Positions 12,604-25,974 of a DNA stretch of 64,000 nucleotides are shown here, piece after piece. Within the stretch, counting starts at the first letter, position 1, and each line of letters begins with the position of its first letter. This DNA is from Eledone cirrhosa. Taxonomy: Eukaryota. The notes under the pieces were generated by a model. That model was not told the origin of the DNA. It made no database searches and saw only the letters and a list, made by a program, of their open reading frames with translations. The stretch is taken from positions 277,388,001 to 277,452,000 of the forward strand of contig OZ024742.1 of NCBI GenBank assembly GCA_964016885.1. Reading direction: 5' to 3'. The position numbers were made by a program, and so were the translations under genes.

Positions 12604-13614
12604 TACATACACTTTTTATCTATGAAAGAACAAAATTTTAGATTTTTACACACATTCTCTCTTAGATGTTCAACATATCTTTCCATAACGATCGGTCAAT
12701 TGTTAGCACTACACATGGCAACTACCATTTTCATCTGGCATTCTAGCATATTTAATTCTTTCCATTTTACCGTCGTCCCATCTCTGGCAACTAAACAATC
12801 TCTCGTTTCGTTCATCTCAAAAATATTAATTCATGTTTGCACACACAAAGCTAAACTCAAAGCCGCAGCTCGAGCCAGCGCGGCTGGACCGAGGGGACCG
12901 CATGACAATCTCCCCATTCCGTGACGGTAGGCCACACGTCTCTCTTGCTACACGATGTGGCACCTTCTCTAGCGGCAGCATGCTGCGTCCGGCTGCCAGC
13001 TTAGTATCCGCTGTTTGCCATGCCGAAGATGGCAAACTGTCCGAGTATCGGCCGCTTTCTTATATGTTTGTGGTAGAGCGAGTAGCAGTGGAGACTACCA
13101 GTGTTCTTGACGCCTAGACAACGGCCCCCGCTCATGGCCATCGGAGCTGAGTTGGGTGCGCGAAGTTGCAAGTCTCCCCCAGTTTGATTGGCTCTACCAG
13201 CTCGTCTCCGTCACCGTCCTCCCAGGCAATATATTCTTCATCCTGTCGGTACGAAGAGGTGCAGGGTATGATAGTTTCCACCTCATATTTCTCTTCTGCT
13301 GCCTAGATATTTCTTCCTAGACATATGTTACCGAAAGTTTTCAGAGTAATCGAAAGCAACAGCTGATTTTTGATTTCATAAAAACGACAACGACGATATC
13401 AACATAAGAGAAGAATACATTTGGAAAGGTTGATTGGTGGTAAGTATTTCCGTTGGACATGCAAAATTATTGCCGACGTATAGTGTTGAAATATTGCACA
13501 AGTTTACTGATTAATGAAACAATGTTTCGACTATTACATCATCACTATTTAAATTGTGATAAGGACGCTTACAAATTGTTAGAAGAAGCAAAGAATGGAG
13601 TAAAACAATTAGAG

Positions 13615-13686
13615 CTCCCATGCCGGGAATCGAACCCGGGCCGCAGGGGTGAAAGCCAGGAATCCTAACCACTAGACCACATGGGA
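13615..13686 (-). tRNA. tRNA-Glu(TTC), unit 11, probably defective
   Basis: Two anticodon-stem substitutions (CCAGG>CCCTG) and discriminator A>G. Confidence 0.7.
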
Positions 13687-13867
13687 AGCCATTGCTGAAA
13701 TGAGGAAATAGTACACTTTTAAATGTGACAATATATTAATAAACTGTAGAAACTTCTATATATTTAGAGAAGCAGGCATAACATGACAGGCACGGTTTTC
13801 ATTCATAGATAAATATCACTAGCGATTTCTTCAATACGTTGCTTTACTAAAGGTCACCATCTATACA

Positions 13868-13939
13868 TCCTCGGTAGTATAGTGGTAACTATCCCCGCCT
13901 GTCACGCGGGAGACCGGGGTTCGATTCCCCGCCGGGGAG
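13868..13939 (+). tRNA. tRNA-Asp(GTC), unit 11, D-arm variant
   Basis: GGTAACTAT instead of GGTAAGTAT. Confidence 0.85.
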
Positions 13940-14951
13940 GTACATACACTTTTTATCTTTGAAAGAACAAAATTTTAGATTTTTACACACATTCTCTCTT
14001 AGATGTTCAACATATCTTTCCATAACGATCGGTCAATTGTTAGCACTACACATGGCAACTACCATTTTCATCTGGCATTCTAGCATATTTAATTCTTTCC
14101 ATTTTACCGTCGTCCCATCTCTGGCAACTAAACAATCTCTCGTTTCGTTCATCTCAAAAATATTAATTCATGTTTGCACACACAAAGCTAAACTCAAAGC
14201 CGCAGCTCGAGCCAGCGCGGCTGGACCGAGGGGACCGCATGACAATCTCCCCATTCCGTGACGGTAGGCCACACGTCTCTCTTGCTACACGATGTGGCAC
14301 CTTCTCTAGCGGCAGCATGCTGCGTCCGGCTGCCAGCTTAGTATCCGCTGTTTGCCAAGCCGAAGATGGCAAACTGTCCGAGTATCGGCCGCTTTCTTAT
14401 ATGTTTGTGGTAGAGCGAGTAGCAGTGGAGACTACCAGTGTTCTTGACGCCTAGACAACGGCCCCCGCTCATGGCCATCGGAGCTGAGTTGGGTGAGCGA
14501 AGTTGCAAGTCTCCCCCAGTTTGATTGGCTCTACCAGCTCGTCTCCGTCACCGTCCTCCCAGGCAATATATTCTTCATCCTGTCGGTACGAAGAGGTGCA
14601 GGGCATGATAGTTTCCACCTCATATTTCTCTTCTGCTGCCTAGATATTTCTTCCTAGACATATGTTACCGAAAGTTTTCAGAGTAATCGAAAGCAACAGT
14701 TGATTTTTGATTTCATAAAAACTACAACGACGATATCAACATAAGAGAAGAATACATTTGGAAAGGTTGATTGGTGGTAAGTATTTCCGTTGGACATGCA
14801 AAATTATTGCCGACGTATAGTGTTGAAATATTGCACAAGTTTTCTGATTAATGAAACAATGTTTCCCTTATGACATCATCACTATTTAAATTATGATAAG
14901 GACGCTTACAAATTGTTAGAAGAAGCAAAGAATGGAGTAAAACAATTAGAG

Positions 14952-15023
14952 TTCCCATGCCGGGAATCGAACCCGGGCCGCCTGGGTGAAAGCCAGGAAT
15001 CCTAACCACTAGACCACATGGGA
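14952..15023 (-). tRNA. tRNA-Glu(TTC), unit 12, consensus
   Basis: Identical to consensus. Confidence 0.97.
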
Positions 15024-15204
15024 AGCCATTGCTGACATGAGGAAATAGTACACTTTTAAATGTGACAATATATTAATAAACTGTAGAAACTTCTATATAT
15101 TTAGAGAAGCAGGCATAACATGACAGGCACGGTTTTCATTCATAGATAAATATCACTAGCGATTTCTTCAATACGTTGCTTTACTAAAGGTCACCACCTA
15201 TACA

Positions 15205-15276
15205 TCCTCGGTAGTATAGTGGTAAGTATCCCCGCCTGTCACGCGGGAGACCGGGGTTCGATTCCCCGCCGGGGAG
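15205..15276 (+). tRNA. tRNA-Asp(GTC), unit 12, consensus
   Basis: Identical to consensus. Confidence 0.97.
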
Positions 15277-16287
15277 TACATACACTTTTTATCTATGAAA
15301 GAACAAAATTTTAGATTTTTACACACATTCTCTCTTAGATGTTCAACATATCTTTCCATAACGATCGGTCAATTGTTAGCACTACACATGGCAACTACCA
15401 TTTTCATCTGGCATTCTAGCATATTTAATTCTTTCCATTTTACCGTCGTCCCATCTCTGGCAACTAAACAATCTCTCGTTTCGTTCATCTCAAAAATATT
15501 AATTCATGTTTGCACACACAAAGCTAAACTCAAAGCCTCAGCTCGAGCCAGCACGGCTGGACCGAGGGGACGCCATGACAATCTTCCCATTCCGTGACGG
15601 TAGGCCACACGTCTCTCTTGCTACACGATGTGGCACCTTCTCTAGCGGCAGCATGCTGCGTCCAGCTGCCAGCTTAATATCCGCTGTTTGCCACGCCGAA
15701 GATGGGAAACTGTCCGAGTATTGGCCGCTTTCTTATATGTTTGTGGTAGAGCGAGTAGCAGTGGAGACTACCAGTGTTCTTGACCCCTAGACAACGGCCC
15801 CCGCTCATGGCCATCGGAGCTGAGTTGGGTGAGCGAAGTTGCAAGTCTCCCCCAGTTTGATTGGCTCTACCAGCTCGTCTCCGTTACCGTCCTCCCAGGC
15901 AATATATTCTTCATCCTGTCGGTACGAAGAGGTGCAGGGTATGATAGTTTCCACCTCATATTTCTCTTCTGCTGCCTAGATATTTCTTCCTAGACATATG
16001 TTACCGAAAGTTTTCAGAGTAATCGAAAGCAACAGCTGATTTTTGATTTCATAAAAACGACAACGACGATATCAACATATGAGAAGAATACATTTGGAAA
16101 GGTTGATTGGTGGTAAGTATTTCCGTTGGACATGCAAAATTATTGCCGACGTATAGTGTTGAAATATTGCACAAGTTTTCTGATTAATGAAACAATGTTT
16201 CGATTATGACATCATCACTATTTAAATAGTGATAAGGACGCTTACAAATTGTTCAAAGAAGCAAAGAATGGAGTAAAGCAATTAGAG

Positions 16288-16359
16288 TTCCCATGCCGGG
16301 AATCGAACAAGGGCCACCTGGGTGAAAGCCAGGAATCCTAACCACTAGACCACATGGGA
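16288..16359 (-). tRNA. tRNA-Glu(TTC), unit 13, probably defective
   Basis: T-stem CCGGG>CCTTG; proximal TTTT terminator mutated to CTTT. Confidence 0.7.
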
Positions 16360-16540
16360 ATCCATTGCTGAAATGAGGAAATAGTACACTTTTAAATGTG
16401 ACAATATATTAATAAACTGTAGACACTTCTATATATTTATAGAAGCAGGCATAACATGACAGGCACGGTTTTCATTCATAGATAAATATCACTAGCGATT
16501 TCTTCAATACGTTGCTCTACTAAAGGTCACCACCTATACA

Positions 16541-16612
16541 TCCTCGGTAGTATAGTGGTAAGTATCCCCGCCTGTCACGCGGGAGACCGGGGTTCGATTC
16601 CCCGCCGGGGAG
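16541..16612 (+). tRNA. tRNA-Asp(GTC), unit 13, consensus
   Basis: Identical to consensus. Confidence 0.97.
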
Positions 16613-17624
16613 GTACATATACTTTTTATCTATGAAAGAACAAAATTTTAGATTTTTACACACATTCTCTCTTAGATGTTCAACATATCTTTCCATAACG
16701 ATCGGTCAATTGTTAGCACTACACATGGCAACTACCATTTTCATCTGGCATTCTAGCATATTTAATTGTTTCCATTTTACCGTCGTCCCATCTCTGGCAA
16801 CTAAACAATCTCTCGTTTCGTTCATCTCAAAAATATTAATTCATGTTTGCACACACAAAGCTAAACTCAAAGCCTCAGCTCGAGCCAGCGCGGCTGGACC
16901 GAGGGGACGCCATGACAATCTTCCCATTCCGTGACGGTAGGCCACACGTCTCTCTTGCTACACGATGTGGCACCTTCTCTAGCGGCAGCATGCTGCGTCC
17001 AGCTGCCAGCTTAGTATCCGCTCTTTGCCACGCCGAAGATGGGAAACTGTCCGAGTATCGGCCGCTTTCTTATATGTTTGTGGTAGAGCGAGTAGCAGTG
17101 GAGACTACCAGTGTTCTTGACGCCTAGACAACGGCCCCCGCTCATGGCCATCGGAGCTGAGTTGGGTGAGCGAAGTTGCAAGTCTCCCCCAGTTTGATTG
17201 GCTCTACCAGCTCGTCTCCGTCACCGTCCTCCCAGGCAATATATTCTTCATCCTGTCGGTACGAAGAGGTGCAGGGTATGATAGTTTCCACCTCATATTT
17301 CTCTTCTGCTGCCTAGATATTTCTTCCTAGACATATGTTACCGAAAGTTTTCAGAGTAATCGAAAGCAACAGCTGATTTTTGATTTCATAAAAACGACAA
17401 CGACGATATCAACATATGAGAAGAATACATTTGGAAAGGTTGATTGGTGGTAAGTATTTCCGTTGGACATGCAAAATTATTGCCGACGTATAGTGTTGAA
17501 ATATTGCACAAGTTTTCTGATTAATGAAACAATGTTTCGATTATGACATCATCACTATTTAAATAGTGATAAGGACGCTTACAAATTGTTCAAAGAAGCA
17601 AAGAATGGAGCAAAGCAATTAGAG

Positions 17625-17696
17625 TTCCCATGCCGGGAATCGAACCCGGTCCACCTGGGTGAAAGCCAGGAATCCTAACCACTAGACCACATGGGA
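17625..17696 (-). tRNA. tRNA-Glu(TTC), unit 14, variable-loop variant
   Basis: GGTGGACCGGG instead of GGCGGCCCGGG; proximal terminator mutated. Confidence 0.82.
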
Positions 17697-17877
17697 ATCC
17701 ATTGCTGAAATGAGGAAATAGTACACTTTTAAATGTGACAATATATTAATAAACTGTAGACACTTCTATATATTTATAGAAGCAGGCATAACATGACAGG
17801 CACGGTTTTCATTCATAGATAAATATCACTAGCGATTTCTTCAATACGTTGCTCTACTAAAGGTCACCACCTATACA

Positions 17878-17949
17878 TCCTCGGTAGTATAGTGGTAAGT
17901 ATCCCCGCCTGTCACGCGGGAGACCGGGGTTCGATTCCCCGCCGGGGAG
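17878..17949 (+). tRNA. tRNA-Asp(GTC), unit 14, consensus
   Basis: Identical to consensus. Confidence 0.97.
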
Positions 17950-18961
17950 GTACATATACTTTTTATCTATGAAAGAACAAAATTTTAGATTTTTACACAC
18001 ATTCTCTCTTAGATGTTCAACATATCTTTCCATAACGATCGGTCAATTGTTAGCACTACACATGGCAACTACCATTTTCATCTGGCATTCTAGCATATTT
18101 AATTCTTTCCATTTTACCGTCGTCCCATCTCTGGCAACTAAACAATCTCTCGTTTCGTTCATCTCAAAAATATTAATTCATGTTTGCACACACAAAGCTA
18201 AACTCAAAGCCTCAGCTCGAGCCAGCGCGGCTGGACCGAGGGGACGCCATGACAATCTTCCCATTCCGTGACGGTAGGCCACACGTCTCTCTTGCTACAC
18301 GATGTGGCACCTTCTCTAGCGGCAGCATGCTGCGTCCAGCTGCCAGCTTAGTATCCGCTCTTTGCCACGCCGAAGATGGGAAACTGTCCGAGTATCGGCC
18401 GCTTTCTTATATGTTTGTGGTAGAGCGAGTAGCAGTGGAGACTACCAGTGTTCTTGACGCCTAGACAACGGCCCCCGCTCATGGCCATCGGAGCTGAGTT
18501 GGGTGCGCGAAGTTGCAAGTCTCCCCCAGTTTGATTGGCTCTACCAGCTCGTCTCCGTCACCGTCCTCCCAGGCAATATATTCTTCATCCTGTCGGTACG
18601 AAGAGGTGCAGGGTATGATAGTTTCCACCTCATATTTCTCTTCTGCTGCCTAGATATTTCTTCCTAGACATATGTTACCGAAAGTTTTCAGAGTAATCGA
18701 AAGCAACAGCTGATTTTTGATTTCATAAAAACGACAACGACGATATCAACATAAGAGAAGAATACATTTGGAAAGGTTGCTTGGTTGTAAGTATTTCCGT
18801 TGGACATGCAAAATTATTACCGACGTATAGTGTTGAAATATTGCACAAGTTTACTGATTAATGAAACAATGTTTCGACTATTACATCATCACTATTTAAA
18901 TTGTGATAAGGACGCTTACAAATTGTTAGAAGAAGCAAAGAATGGAGTAAAACAATTAGAG

Positions 18962-19033
18962 TTCCCATGCCGGGAATCGAACCCGGGCCGCCTGGGTGAA
19001 AGCCAGGAATCCTAACCACTAGACCACATGGGA
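18962..19033 (-). tRNA. tRNA-Glu(TTC), unit 15, consensus
   Basis: Identical to consensus. Confidence 0.97.
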
Positions 19034-19214
19034 AGCCATTGCTGAAATGAGGAAATAGTACACTTTTAAATGTGACAATATATTAATAAACTGTAGAAAC
19101 TTCTATATATTTAGAGAAGCAGGCATAACATGACAGGCACGGTTTTCATTCATAGATAAATATCACTAGCGATTTCTTCAATACGTTGCTTTACTAAAGG
19201 TCACCGCCTATACA

Positions 19215-19286
19215 TCCTCGGTAGTATAGTGGTAAGTATCCCCGCCTGTCACGCGGGAGACCGGGGTTCGATTCCCCGCCGGGGAG
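19215..19286 (+). tRNA. tRNA-Asp(GTC), unit 15, consensus
   Basis: Identical to consensus. Confidence 0.97.
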
Positions 19287-20297
19287 TACATACACTTTTT
19301 ATCTATGAAAGAACAAAATTTTAGATTTTTACACACATTCTCTCTTAGATGTTCAACATATCTTTCCATAACGATCGGTCAATTGTTAGCACTACACATG
19401 GCAACTACCATTTTCATCTGGCATTCTAGCATATTTAATTCTTTCCATTTTACCGTCGTCCCATCTCTGGCAACTAAACAATCTCTCGTTTCGTTCATCT
19501 CAAAAATATTAATTCATGTTTGCACACACAAAGCTAAACTCAAAGCCTCAGCTCGAGCCAGCGCGGCTGGACCGAGGGGACCGCATGACAATCTCCCCAT
19601 TCCGTGACGGTAGGCCACACGTCTCTCTTGCTACACGATGTGGCACCTTCTCTAGCGGCAGCATGCTGCGTCCGGCTGCCAGCTTAGTATCCGCTGTTTG
19701 CCATGCCGAAGATGGCAAACTGTCCGAGTATCGGCCGCTTTCTTATATGTTTGTGGTAGAGCGAGTAGCAGTGGAGACTACCAGTGTTCTTGACGCCTAG
19801 ACAACGGCCCCCGCTCATGGCCATCGGAGCTGAGTTGGGTGAGCGAAGTTGCAAGTCTCCCCCAGTTTGATTGGCTCTACCAGCTCGTCTCCGTCACCGT
19901 CCTCCCAGGCAATATATTCTTCATCCTGTCGGTACGAAGAGGTGCAGGGTATGATAGTTTCCACCTCATATTTCTCTTCTGCTGCCTAGATATTTCTTCC
20001 TAGACATATATTACCGAAAGTTTTCAGAGTAATCGAAAGCAACAGCTGATTTTTGATTTCATAAAAACGACAACGACGATATCAACATAAGAGAAGAATA
20101 CATTTGGAAAGGTTGATTGGTGGTAAGTATTTCCGTTGGACATGCAAAATTATTGCCGACGTATAGTGTTGAAATATTGCACAAGTTTACTGATTAATGA
20201 AACAATGTTTCGACTATTACATCATCACTATTTAAATTGTGATAAGGACGCTTACAAATTGTTCAAAGAAGCAAAGAATGGAGTAAAGCAATTAGAG

Positions 20298-20369
20298 TTC
20301 CCATGCCGGGAATCGAACAAGGGCCACCTGGGTGAAAGCCAGGAATCCTAACCACTAGACCACATGGGA
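20298..20369 (-). tRNA. tRNA-Glu(TTC), unit 16, probably defective (as unit 13)
   Basis: T-stem CCTTG and mutated terminator. Confidence 0.7.
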
Positions 20370-20550
20370 ATCCATTGCTGAAATGAGGAAATAGTACACT
20401 TTTAAATGTGACAATATATTAATAAACTGTAGACACTTCTATATATTTATAGAAGCAGGCATAACATGACAGGCACGGTTTTCATTCATAGATAAATATC
20501 ACTAGCGATTTCTTCAATACGTTGCTCTACTAAAGGTCACCACCTATACA

Positions 20551-20622
20551 TCCTCGGTAGTATAGTGGTAAGTATCCCCGCCTGTCACGCGGGAGACCGG
20601 GGTTCGATTCCCCGCCGGGGAG
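20551..20622 (+). tRNA. tRNA-Asp(GTC), unit 16, consensus
   Basis: Identical to consensus. Confidence 0.97.
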
Positions 20623-21633
20623 TACATACACTTTTTATCTATGAAAGAACAAAATTTTAGATTTTTACACACATTCTCTCTTAGATGTTCAACATATCTT
20701 TCCATAACGATCGGTCAATTGTTAGCACTACACATGGCAACTACCATTTTCATCTGGCATTCTAGCATATTTAATTCTTTCCATTTTACCGTCGTCCCAT
20801 CTCTGGCAACTAAACAATCTCTAGTTTCGTTCATCTCAAAAATATTAATTCATGTTTGCACACACAAAGCTAAACTCAAAGCCTCAGCTCGAGCCAGCGC
20901 GGCTGGACCGAGGGGACCGCATGACAATCTCCCCATTCCGTGACGGTAGGCCACACGTCTCTCTTGCTACACGATGTGGCACCTTCTCTAGCGGCAGCAT
21001 GCTGCGTCCGGCTGCCAGCTTAGTATCCGCTCTTTGCCACGCCGAAGATGGGAAACTGTCCGAGTATCGGCCGCTTTCTTATATGTTTGTGGTAGAGCGA
21101 GTAGCAGTGGAGACTACCAGTGTTCTTGACGCCTAGACAACGGCCCCCGCTCATGGCCATCGGAGCTGAGTTGGGTGCGCGAAGTTGCAAGTCTCCCCCA
21201 GTTTGATTGGCTCTACCAGCTCGTCTCCGTCACCGTCCTCCCAGGCAATATATTCTTCATCCTGTCGGTACGAAGAGGTGCAGGGTATGATAGTTTCCAC
21301 CTCATATTTCTCTTCTGCTGCCTAGATATTTCTTCCTAGACATATGTTACCGAAAGTTTTCAGAGTAATCGAAAGCAACAGCTGATTTTTGATTTCATAA
21401 AAACGACAACGACGATATCAACATAAGAGAAGAATACATTTGGAAAGGTTGGTTGGTGGTAAGTATTTCCGTTGGACATGCAAAATTATTGCCGACGTAT
21501 AGTGTTGAAATATTGCACAAGTTTACTGATTAATGAAACAATGTTTCGACTATTACATCATCACTATTTAAATTGTGATAAGGACGCTTACAAATTGTTA
21601 GAAGAAGCAAAGAATGTAGTAAAACAATTAGAG

Positions 21634-21705
21634 TTCCCATGCCGGGAATCGAACCCGGGCCGCCTGGGTGAAAGCCAGGAATCCTAACCACTAGACCACA
21701 TGGGA
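21634..21705 (-). tRNA. tRNA-Glu(TTC), unit 17, consensus
   Basis: Identical to consensus. Confidence 0.97.
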
Positions 21706-21886
21706 AGCCATTGCTGAAATGAGGAAATAGTACACTTTTAAATGTGACAATATATTAATAAACTGTAGAAACTTCTATATATTTAGAGAAGCAGGCATAA
21801 CATGACAGGCACGGTTTTCATTCATAGATAAATATCACTAGCGATTTCTTCAATACGTTGCTTTACTAAAGGTCACCACCTATACA

Positions 21887-21958
21887 TCCTCGGTAGTATA
21901 GTGGTAAGTATCCCCGCCTGTCACGCGGGAGACCGGGGTTCGATTCCCCGCCGGGGAG
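21887..21958 (+). tRNA. tRNA-Asp(GTC), unit 17, consensus
   Basis: Identical to consensus. Confidence 0.97.
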
Positions 21959-22970
21959 TACATACACTTTTTATCTATGAAAGAACAAAATTTTAGATTT
22001 TTACACACATTCTCTCTTAGATGTTCAACATATCTTTCCATAACGATCGGTCAATTGTTAGCACTACACATGGCAACTACCATTTTCATCTGGCATTCTA
22101 GCATATTTAATTCTTTCCATTTTACCGTCGTCCCATCTCTGGCAACTAAACAATCTCTCGTTTCGTTCATCTCAAAAATATTAATTCATGTTTGCACACA
22201 CAAAGCTAAACTCAAAGCCTCAGCTCGAGCCAGCGCGGCTGGACCGAGGGGACGCCATGACACTCTTGCCATTCCGTGACGGTAGGCCACACGTCTCTCT
22301 TGCTACACGATGTGGCACCTTCTCTAGCGGCAGCATGCTGCGTCCGGCTGCCAGCTTAGTATCCGCTGTTTGCCATGCCGAAGATGGGAAACTGTCCGAG
22401 TATTGGCCGCTTTCTTATATGTTTGTGGTAGAGCGAGTAGCAGTGGAGACTACCAGTGTTCTGGACCCCTAGACAACGGGCCCCGCTCATGGCCATCGGA
22501 GCTGAGTTGGGTGAGCGAAGTTGCAAGTCTCCCCCAGTTTGATTGGCTCTACCAGCTCGTCTCCGTCACCGTCCTCCCAGGCAATATATTCTTCATCCTG
22601 TCGGTACGAAGAGGTGCAGGGTATGATAGTTTCCACCTCATATTTCTCTTCTGCTGCCTAGATATTTCTTCCTAGACATATGTTACCGAAAGTTTTCAGA
22701 GTAATCGAAAGCAACAGCTGATTTTTGATTTCATAAAAACGACAACGACGATATCAACATATGAGAAGAATACATTTGGAAAGGTTGATTGGTGGTAAGT
22801 ATTTCCGTTGGACATGCAAAATTATTGCCGACGTATAGTGTTGAAATATTGCACAAGTTTACTGATTAATGAAACAATGTTTCGACTAATATTATCATCA
22901 CTATTTAAATTGTGATAAGGACGCTTACAAATTGTTAGAAGAAGCAAAGAATGGAGTAAAACAATTAGAG

Positions 22971-23042
22971 TTCCCATGCCGGGAATCGAATCCGGGCCGC
23001 CTGGGTGAAAGCCAGGAATCCTAACCACTAGACCACAAGGGA
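22971..23042 (-). tRNA. tRNA-Glu(TTC), unit 18, B-box and acceptor variant
   Basis: GGATTCGA instead of GGGTTCGA; 5' end TCCCTTG. Confidence 0.72.
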
Positions 23043-23223
23043 AGCCATTTCTGAAATGAGGAAATAGTACACTTTTAAATGTGACAATATATTAATAAAC
23101 TGTAGAAACTTCTATATATTTATAGAAGCAGGCATAACATGACAGGCACGGTTTTCATTCATAGATAAATATCACTAGCGATTTCTTCAATACGTTGCTT
23201 TACTAAAGGTCACCACCTATACA

Positions 23224-23295
23224 TCCTCGGTAGTATAGCGGTAAGTATCCCCGCCTGTCACGCGGGAGACCGGGGTTCGATTCCCCGCCGGGGAG
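23224..23295 (+). tRNA. tRNA-Asp(GTC), unit 18
   Basis: Single D-loop T>C (TAGCGG), likely tolerated. Confidence 0.93.
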
Positions 23296-24309
23296 GTACA
23301 TATACTTTTTATCTATGAAAGAACAAAATTTTAGATTTTTACACACACACTCTCTCTTAGATGTTCAACATATCTTTCCATAACGATCGGTCAATTGTTA
23401 GCACTACACATGGCAACTACCATTTTCATCTGGTATTCTAGCATATTTAATTCTTTCCATTTTACCGTCGTCCCATCTCTGGCAACTAAACAATCTCTCG
23501 TTTCGTTCATCTCAAAAATATTAATTCATGTTTGCACACACAAAGCTAAACTCAAAGCCTCAGCTCGAGCCAGCGCGGCTGGACCGAGGGGACCGCATGA
23601 CAATCTCCCCATTCCGTGACGGTAGGCCACACGTCTCTCATGCTACACGATGTGGCACCTTCTCTAGCGGCAGCATGCTGCGTCCGGCTGCCAGCTTAGT
23701 ATCCGCTGTTTGCCACGCCGAAGATGGCAAACTGTCCGAGTATCGGCCGCTTTCTTATATGTTTGTGGTAGAGCGAGTAGCAGTGGAGACTACCAGTGTT
23801 CTTGACGCCTAGACAACGGCCCCCGCTCATGGCCATCGGAGCTGAGTTGGGTGCGCGAAGTTGCAAGTCTCCCCCAGTTTGATTGGCTCTACCAGCTCGT
23901 CTCCGTCACCGTCCTCCCAGGCAATATATTCTTCATCCTGTCGGTACGAAGAGGTGCAGGGTTTGATAGTTTCCACCTCATATTTCTCTTCTGCTGCCTA
24001 GATATTTCTTCCTAGACATATGTTACCGAAAGTTTTCAGAGTAATCGAAAGCAACAGCTGATTTTTGATTTCATAAAAACGACAACGACGATATCAACAT
24101 AAGAGAAGAATACATTTGGAAAGGTTGATTGGTGGTAAGTATTTCCGTTGGACATGCAAAATTATTGCCGACGTATAGTGTTGAAATATTGCACAAGTTT
24201 ACTGATTAATGAAACAATGTTTCGACTATTACATCATCACTATTTAAATTGTCATAAGGACGCTTACAAATTGTTAGAAGAAGCAAAGAATGGAGTAAAA
24301 CAATTAGAG

Positions 24310-24381
24310 TTCCTATGCCGGGAACCGAACTAAGTCCACCTGAGTGAAAGCCAGGAATCCTAACCACTAGACCACATGGTA
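24310..24381 (-). pseudogene. tRNA-Glu(TTC) pseudogene, unit 19
   Basis: Many substitutions in acceptor stem, anticodon stem and T arm. Confidence 0.8.
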
Positions 24382-24562
24382 AACCATTGCTGAAATGAGG
24401 AAATAGTACACTTTTAAATGTGACAATATATTAATAAACTGTAGAAACTTCTATATATTTATAGAAGCAGGCATAACATGACAGGCACGGTTTTCATTCA
24501 TAGATAAATATCACTAGCGATTTCTTCAATACGTTGCTTTACTAAAGGTCACCACCTATACA

Positions 24563-24634
24563 TCCTCGGTAGTATAGTGGTAAGTATCCCCGCCTGTCAC
24601 GCGGGAGACCGGGGTTCGATTCCCCGCCGGGGAG
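24563..24634 (+). tRNA. tRNA-Asp(GTC), unit 19, consensus
   Basis: Identical to consensus. Confidence 0.95.
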
Positions 24635-25649
24635 GTACATATACGTTTTACCTATGAAAGAACAAATTTTTAGATTTTTACACACACATTCTCTCTTAGA
24701 TGTTCAACATATCTTTCCATAACGATCGGTCAATTGTTAGCACTACACATGGCAACTACCATTTTCATTTGGCATTCGAGCATATTTAATTCTTTCCATG
24801 TTACCATCGTCCCATCTCTGGCAACTCAACAATCTCTCGTTTCGTTCATCTTCTCAAAAATATTAATTCATGTTTGCACACACAAAGCTAAACTCATAGC
24901 CTCAGCTCGAGCCAGCGCGGCTGGACCGAGGGGACCGCATGACAATCTTCGCATTCCGTGGCGGTAGGCCACACGTCTTTCTTGCTACACGATGTGGCAC
25001 CTTCTCTAGCGGCAGCATGCTGCGTCCGGCTGCCAGCTTAGGATCCGCTGTTTGCCATGCCGAAGATGGCAAACTGTCCGAGTATCGGCCGCTTTCTGAT
25101 ATTTTTGTGGTAGAGCGAGTAGCAGTGGAGACTACCAGTGTTCTTGACTCCTAGACAACGGCCCCCGCTCATGGCCATCGGAGCTGAGTTGGGTGAGCGA
25201 AGTTGCAAGTCTCCCCCAGTTTGATTGGCTCTACCAGCTCGTCTCAGTCACCGTCCTCCAAGGCAATATATTCTTCATCCTGTCGGTACGAAGAGGTGCA
25301 GGGTAAGATAGTTTCCACCTCATGTTTCTCTTCTGCTGCCTAGATATTTCTTCCCAGACATGTTACCGAAAGTTTTCAGAGTAATCGAAAGCAACAGCTT
25401 ATTTTAGATTTCATAAAAACGACAACGACGATATCAACATAAGAGAAGAATACATTTGGAAAGGTTGATTGGTGGTAAGTATTTCCGTTGGACATGCAAA
25501 ATTATTGCCGACGTATAGTGTTGAAATATTGCACAAGTTTTCTGATTAATGAAACAATGTTTCGATTATGACATCATCACTATTTAAATTGTGATAAGGA
25601 CGCTTACAAATTGTTCGAAGAAGCAAAGAATGGAGTAAAACAATTAGAG

Positions 25650-25721
25650 TTCCTATGCCGGGAACCGAACCCGGGCCGCCTGGGTGAAAGCCGGGAATCC
25701 TAACCACTAGACCACATGGGA
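25650..25721 (-). pseudogene. tRNA-Glu(TTC), unit 20, likely pseudogene
   Basis: T-loop TTCGA>TTCGG, plus acceptor and anticodon-stem mismatches. Confidence 0.72.
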
Positions 25722-25902
25722 AGCCATTGCTGAAATGAGGAAATAGTACACTTTTAAATGTGACAATATATTAATAAACTGTAGAAACTTCTATATATTT
25801 AGAGAAGCAGGCATAACATGACAGGCACGGTTTTCATTCATAGATAAATATCACTAGCGATTTCTTCAATACGTTGCTTTACTAAAGGTCACCACCTATA
25901 CA

Positions 25903-25974
25903 TCCTCGGTAGTATAGTGGTAAGTATCCCCGCCCGTCACGCGGGAGACCGGGGTTCGATTCCCCGCCGGGGAG
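25903..25974 (+). tRNA. tRNA-Asp(GTC), unit 20, invariant U 5' of the anticodon changed to C
   Basis: Loop reads CCGTCAC instead of CTGTCAC. Confidence 0.82.
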
